Below the pieces are notes generated by a model. That model worked only from the letters and a program-made list of their open reading frames with translations. It was not told the DNA's origin and searched no databases. Position numbers and translations under genes: made by a program. Shown here piece after piece: positions 32,077 through 37,033 of a stretch of 37,033 nt of DNA. Source of the DNA: a virus (taxonomy: Duplodnaviria > Caudoviricetes); the IMG/VR virus record IMGVR_UViG_3300037461_000585, positions 1-37,033 of that record. The stretch is one strand, 5' to 3'. Positions within the stretch are counted from its first letter, which is position 1. Every line of letters starts with the position of its first letter.

Positions 32077-32283
32077 CTACACAAGCCGTGCTTGCCACAC
32101 GCCCTGATCGTCATTACCATACGCGCCCTGTGCCATCATTGCGGTTAGGACTTGAGTTGTCGCGTCGATGTACGTGACGCCTCCGTTGATGATAATGTAA
32201 TCATCATCGTCCCCAGACCCGTTGATTATAGCTACCGCGCTGACGTCCAGCAAGGCGTTTGCGGCACCATTAATAGCCAGCAT
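32077..32283 (-). CDS. hypothetical protein
   Basis: ORF in the late operon with RBS. Confidence 0.55.
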   Translation of the reverse strand: MLAINGAANALLDVSAVAIINGSGDDDDYIIINGGVTYIDATTQVLTAMMAQGAYGNDDQGVWQARLV

Positions 32284-32301
32284 CAGTGACCCCCTTCCTG
32301 G

Positions 32302-32883
32302 TTATTCTTTCTCGCGAGCGTAAACCGTGAGACCCCAGGTTCTGCTGTTTGTGTTTGCCCAGGTGAACTTTGCTACGTCTTTGCCGGACATTGGAAACGG
32401 AATATCGAGCATGTAGACTATGTCCTGCACAGCGTTCATGTCCTTGGTGTACAGGTTCGTGTCGTAATGCGTCCCCGCGTCCGCGTCACGACTAAGCACC
32501 AGATTTTCACTGGTGGCCGAGGCCGCGCTCAGATGCAGGTCAAATCCCAAGAGCAGCCAGTCCACCGGATACCACACACCGCAAAACCATAGCTCCGTCC
32601 CAGCCGGAGTCAAAGCCGCGTAGGGCTGATTCGGCGCCAGCTTTATTGTAATGGTGTTTGTGGCTACTGCGTGAATGCTCCTCAACCCGTTGTAGTCGTT
32701 GTTTGCCAGGTTCTGAAAGAATATATCACTCCCGGCGAGCAGCCCATGCGCGTTCGACGTGAACACAGCCGCCCGAAGATCGGATCCGGAAGACCCGTTG
32801 GTCAACGCGGAGTTCCCGATCGTTCCATTTAGTGTTTTCGCTCCTTTGAATCTGAAAATGTCAAACCTTGTGTCGTCTCTCAT
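32302..32883 (-). CDS. beta-rich virion structural protein
   Basis: FTSNAHGLLAGSDIF...YNG beta domain typical of tail proteins; RBS AGGAG. Confidence 0.6.
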   Translation of the reverse strand: MRDDTRFDIFRFKGAKTLNGTIGNSALTNGSSGSDLRAAVFTSNAHGLLAGSDIFFQNLANNDYNGLRSIHAVATNTITIKLAPNQPYAALTPAGTELWFCGVWYPVDWLLLGFDLHLSAASATSENLVLSRDADAGTHYDTNLYTKDMNAVQDIVYMLDIPFPMSGKDVAKFTWANTNSRTWGLTVYAREKE

Positions 32884-32921
32884 TGCTACTCTCCTGTTGG
32901 TTACATAGATAGTTAGTTAGT

Positions 32922-32946
32922 AAGATAGTTACCAAGTAACTATCTT
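32922..32946. promoter_or_regulatory. perfect 11-bp inverted repeat in a TAGT-rich intergenic tract
   Basis: AAGATAGTTAC-CAA-GTAACTATCTT. Confidence 0.6.
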
Positions 32947-32956
32947 CGAAATGATT

Positions 32957-35900
32957 TTACCTTTGCGATGTTTCCCGCTCCAAAAGTTCCTGTAGACTGA
33001 GCGGAGGGTACGGAGAGCCCGGCTCCGCAGGGTTCGGCTTTTCCACCGGAGGAGGAGACGCAAGACCCGTCACGTCCTGGTAGTTGAGCGCATTCTTTTC
33101 CATCATCAATTTCAGAACGGCAAACTTCTCCGCGTTAGTTCCCGCCGAGACCCACTCTTCGAAGTAAACCATCCCGTACTTGCGTGCCAACGCGAGCATC
33201 ATTTGCCGCGTAACGACGTCAGGTTTCTGCGCCAGTGCCAGCATCTGATCCGCGTTTGGCATTTCGCCGTCCACAATGGCATACGCCGCCTCCCGCGCAT
33301 CCAGAATGCCCCTGGCGTTTTCCTGTTTGATCTTTTTCTTTTCCCGGAGAATAGCCTCACGGGTCCCATAATCACTGACTTTCAGAAATCGGCCCAGGAT
33401 ATTACTGACTACGGGTTCGTCCGGGAGCTCCACGACGAAGTCCGCGACCTTGCTGGAAATAGGAAACCCGAGAACACTCTCTAATTCTTCGGCTATTTTC
33501 TCTACCTTGTCATGTTTGAACTTATAAACTACGCTGGCCCCCATTTTGGTCGCAAGGTGCTGTAAAAACTGGCGATGTGCCCTCCACCCTCCAGCGGCAA
33601 ACTCCAGCTCTCCAATCGCGTGCCGACCGTAGAAATGGTCGTAAGGGTTCAATCCTGAAGCATATTCCAGGACATCCGTCACGATGCTTATGCCCGGAGA
33701 CATTGTCGGAGCCTGACCCGCCATATAATCAAAGAGTGCCGTGCCCTGGTTAGCAATCCCCAGCTCCGGGGCGCGGAGGATTTTCCAGAAGATGCCTGTA
33801 AGGAATCGTGAAGTTTCGTCAAGAGGTACACGCCAATAGACAGACTTACCACTTTCAGTACGCCCAAGAGGAATAATGACGTAATTAGTGAGGTCATACT
33901 CGGACACTCCGTCAAAGATCTCCTTGATTGCCGGACCAAGAAGCCCGATTAACCCTCCCCACATCAGAAGTTTGGGAAGGAAGACTAATGCAGCTTTCTT
34001 AATCAGGAATTCGCCAGGATTCTCCTTAAAGGCCTCAACATCGCCACGATAACCTTCCTTCATGGCATTTGAGAACAGGAGGATATTGTTGTACAGTTGT
34101 TGCTCGCGTCCAGCCCGGAGAAAGTCCGGGGACCCGCCGCGGGTGCGCACGATGTGCCCTATGACTTCCAACGGCATATCGGGGAATTTCTCGGTCAGGT
34201 AAGTGTAAGTCCCGACCTTTGTGGTGCGCTCCAGCGCCCGCCCCACCCCGCTAAAGTACCACTCGGCCAACCGCGCCCGGTTTGAAATGTAGTTGAATAG
34301 ATGACCAAAAGGCGTCAAGAAGTGCTTTTTGTAAACCTGATGGGGCTTAAAGTGGTACATTCGCATAAGCCGTTCGAGCTGTTCGTCCTCTTCGTTGAGA
34401 CCATGGTAGTCTCCCACGGAAACCAGCATATTGCCCCGCTGCATTTCCTGAATGGTCTCGTCAGAGATCCCGAACACGGACCGGAACGCCGGCTTGAGGC
34501 CTTTGACCCAGTGCTTGGCGAACTGGTCCACCCGATACCCGGGCAACGCCATAAACATTCTCTGCGCGTCCCGGAAGAACGCATTGAAGATCCAGAATCC
34601 GTAGTTGAGCTCGGTAAAGATCTTGCGGAACGGCTGGGCCAGCCACCGGAATATCCGAGCGGTCATGGTGTAGAGAGTATGGTTCTCATTGACCGCGTCG
34701 GCTATGCCCTTGGGGAGATAATATCCGTAGGCCTTACCTTTGTACAGGTAAACCACAAGCCCCAGTGTCGGGTCTTTGGGCTTTTGGATAGCACGGAATT
34801 TGCCATTCCATTTCCGGTCAGCCTCTTTGACATCAATCCCGAGAATGCTCGCGTAGTCCTGGTAGAACTTCACCGTCGCCCGGACCGCGATGTTCTTGTT
34901 CACGGACTTGATGAACGCGATGTCCCGCATGACCGTGGAGGTGGCCGGGTTTCCCACGTCCATGACCGTGCCTATCTGTTTGGGGATTTTGTAAAGCAGG
35001 TTAGCCGAAGCGCGCCCATACCGTTCTTCCAGGTACGAGAGAACGTCAAAGGTCGCGTAAGCCGTGTTATCGCGGAAGAGTTTGATCATGTCATCGGAAT
35101 AAACCTGCGCCGCCTCTGCCTTGTCGATGAAGTATTTCTCGTGGATCTCCCGGAACGCCTTCACCGCCTCCATCAGGGTGGTCCATTGGGTTTCAGTGAG
35201 CTCCGAAGTCCGCATGGCCTCCAGCTTGTCCATGGCCTTTTGGATGTCCGTACCTGCCGGGTTTGCCATTTTATCCCGCTCGTGGATGACCCTTCGCAAC
35301 AACACCACGAGACCGAACTGCCTGTCCCACTTGAGGTTGACTTTCTCCAACGGCTTAACCACGTTGGTGTAGATGTCCGTCATGAACGCCTCGACCTCGG
35401 ATCCGGTGTAGGTCATTTCCTCCAGTTTGTATCGGGGGTTGTCGTCCACCGGGATGTTTCCTTCCCCGACTTTCCGCACGTCCTTGAGGATCATGTGATA
35501 CGTGTCCCAGAACGCCCGTTTGAAACTGTCCGGGAGCCCGAGCCCTATGTCTTCGAAAGCCTTGCCCATGAGCTCGTTGCCGCGGTCGAACATGCGATAG
35601 AAATTCTCTGTCCGGTTCTTGTCCACTTCGCCGGAGTGCAAGATCCGTTGAATGTCCATGTAGACGTCCCGCACTTCGCGTTTGTTCTCCAGATAATTAA
35701 AGAACGCCTCGTAGAATTTAGGCGCCTGGGCGCGGAGAAATTGCGGATCGTTGAACAGCGCGGAGATCGCGTCGGCGTACAGCTCTTCCGAGCTCCACCT
35801 ATACTTAACATACGACTTGGAAGACATGGCCGGGTCGAACGGACGCCACCGGGCCGAGAGCGTCTTGAGCTCGTCGCGGATCTCGTTCTCTACCCACAAC

Positions 35901-37033
35901 TTCCGGGTTCGGATCTCTTTCTCCAGCAGCTCGGCCAGTTTTTTCGCGATAGCCTCCTGGGAAGGCGGGACGTATTCGACCTCAGTCACCTGCTTCCGGG
36001 TTTTGGCGCCCACGCGCACGGACTTCACAAAGTCCATGATGTCCTGGGTGAGCTGCCCCTTCAACGCAGCTTTCACTATCGTCTTCTTGGCATTGGTGTC
36101 CAGCCCGGCAACGTATTTGTAGAGTTCCGGGCTGAGGAGTTTGGCTTTTTCCACGGCGTTCCAAATGTTCAACACGTCCTCGGGGGAGATCTTCAGCTCC
36201 TCGGTAAGGGTGGTGTCGATCCACTTGGTGCGCAGGACCTGGGTCATGCCGAGAAGCTGTATGGCCTCGGCGCGCAGCCGCGCAACGTCAGCTTCAGTGA
36301 GCTCTCCAAGATCCCCGGGCTTGAAAGGCAACGTGTTCTTTGCCCAGTCCCGGATACTCGCGATCTTGCCGAGGATCGTGCCGGCGAGGATGTTATCCGG
36401 CAACCAGTCTATGATGTGCCCGATCTCGTGAGCCAGCACTCTAGCGGCCAAATCCGGGTTTTTGAAGATGTCAGCTCGGAGCCGGACCACGCCCTTGCCG
36501 GGGATAAAGACGCCCCGGATCGTGTCTCGGCCAAAGAGTCTCTCCCGGACCCCGGGAAGCCGTCCGCCCATGAGAGCCTTGTAGAGCTCCAGCATCTCGG
36601 GCATCTCGATGATCTTCGGAATGGTGTTGTCGGCGCCTTGAGCGTCAGCCTGACCCTTCTCGGGAGTCCACCCGGTCTCGGCCAACGAAGGCTCGGCTTT
36701 GAGGATCCCCTTGAGAATCTCGTCGGCTTTGTCCAGAGCCCGGCGTCGTTTTTCCTCGGGGGTGATTTCCTCGGCGACCCCAGTGAACATCCCGTCCGGG
36801 GGCTGCATCCACCCACGCACGAGATCCCGTACTCGTTTGCGTCCGGTGGTTTCGTCGTCGAACTCCAGATCTTTAGGCTTGGCGAGAGTGTTCACGTGCG
36901 CCGGGCCACTTTCCATGTCTTTCAGATCGGCAAGCAATCCCGGCGACGCCGCGTTTCCATAAGCATCGGTTTTGCGCAACGCAACCGTAGGCGCGAAGTA
37001 TCCGCGGCGCATCCACTCGTAGACGTCGTTGGC
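32957..37033 (-). CDS. giant polyvalent / internal virion (ejection) protein, 5'-truncated
   Basis: Frame is open to the right edge; VLAHEIGH zincin motif plus ELYADAIS; LPD38-like C-terminal region. Confidence 0.7.
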   Translation of the reverse strand, partial: ANDVYEWMRRGYFAPTVALRKTDAYGNAASPGLLADLKDMESGPAHVNTLAKPKDLEFDDETTGRKRVRDLVRGWMQPPDGMFTGVAEEITPEEKRRRALDKADEILKGILKAEPSLAETGWTPEKGQADAQGADNTIPKIIEMPEMLELYKALMGGRLPGVRERLFGRDTIRGVFIPGKGVVRLRADIFKNPDLAARVLAHEIGHIIDWLPDNILAGTILGKIASIRDWAKNTLPFKPGDLGELTEADVARLRAEAIQLLGMTQVLRTKWIDTTLTEELKISPEDVLNIWNAVEKAKLLSPELYKYVAGLDTNAKKTIVKAALKGQLTQDIMDFVKSVRVGAKTRKQVTEVEYVPPSQEAIAKKLAELLEKEIRTRKLWVENEIRDELKTLSARWRPFDPAMSSKSYVKYRWSSEELYADAISALFNDPQFLRAQAPKFYEAFFNYLENKREVRDVYMDIQRILHSGEVDKNRTENFYRMFDRGNELMGKAFEDIGLGLPDSFKRAFWDTYHMILKDVRKVGEGNIPVDDNPRYKLEEMTYTGSEVEAFMTDIYTNVVKPLEKVNLKWDRQFGLVVLLRRVIHERDKMANPAGTDIQKAMDKLEAMRTSELTETQWTTLMEAVKAFREIHEKYFIDKAEAAQVYSDDMIKLFRDNTAYATFDVLSYLEERYGRASANLLYKIPKQIGTVMDVGNPATSTVMRDIAFIKSVNKNIAVRATVKFYQDYASILGIDVKEADRKWNGKFRAIQKPKDPTLGLVVYLYKGKAYGYYLPKGIADAVNENHTLYTMTARIFRWLAQPFRKIFTELNYGFWIFNAFFRDAQRMFMALPGYRVDQFAKHWVKGLKPAFRSVFGISDETIQEMQRGNMLVSVGDYHGLNEEDEQLERLMRMYHFKPHQVYKKHFLTPFGHLFNYISNRARLAEWYFSGVGRALERTTKVGTYTYLTEKFPDMPLEVIGHIVRTRGGSPDFLRAGREQQLYNNILLFSNAMKEGYRGDVEAFKENPGEFLIKKAALVFLPKLLMWGGLIGLLGPAIKEIFDGVSEYDLTNYVIIPLGRTESGKSVYWRVPLDETSRFLTGIFWKILRAPELGIANQGTALFDYMAGQAPTMSPGISIVTDVLEYASGLNPYDHFYGRHAIGELEFAAGGWRAHRQFLQHLATKMGASVVYKFKHDKVEKIAEELESVLGFPISSKVADFVVELPDEPVVSNILGRFLKVSDYGTREAILREKKKIKQENARGILDAREAAYAIVDGEMPNADQMLALAQKPDVVTRQMMLALARKYGMVYFEEWVSAGTNAEKFAVLKLMMEKNALNYQDVTGLASPPPVEKPNPAEPGSPYPPLSLQELLERETSQR

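Noticed and set aside
12489-37012. Many + strand ORFs opposite the - strand genes (e.g. 15483-16214, 19786-20634, 22922-23620)
   Set aside because: These are antisense shadows of GC-rich coding genes, with no RBS or motifs.
1-37033. DGR/retron, integrase/lysogeny module or stop-codon reassignment
   Set aside because: I saw no reverse transcriptase, TR/VR pair or recombinase motifs. Long genes are intact in the standard code, and TAA, TAG and TGA all end coupled genes.

Overview
The window is about 37 kb of a tailed dsDNA phage genome. The host is probably an anaerobic Desulfobacterota-like bacterium; this is inferred from a PxxKW-family gene and Fe-S-type enzymes. From left to right it holds: (i) a terminase small subunit-like gene pointing out of the window, then an ~850 bp non-coding region full of palindromic boxes; (ii) a + strand early operon of small genes (1618-9072) led by a SAM-lyase-like gene; (iii) a long - strand block with an M15 endolysin, an AT-richer island of mini-genes separated by an 18-bp repeat carrying a stop codon and RBS, two FN3 proteins, a uracil-DNA-glycosylase/family A DNA polymerase fusion split by three inteins, an ERCC4 nuclease, an AAA_24/Sak4-like ATPase, a PD-(D/E)XK nuclease, a metallophosphoesterase, a putative SSB, a candidate anti-defence cluster with an Acb2/Tad1-like sponge, and a DinG-type helicase; (iv) late and virion genes, including a holin-like protein, a beta-helix protein and a giant polyvalent protein cut off by the right edge. 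Six promoters share CTTGAC with an exact 16-bp spacer. I saw no integrase, reverse transcriptase, CRISPR array, canonical tRNA or primase. All family calls are by-eye motif recognition, not database searches.
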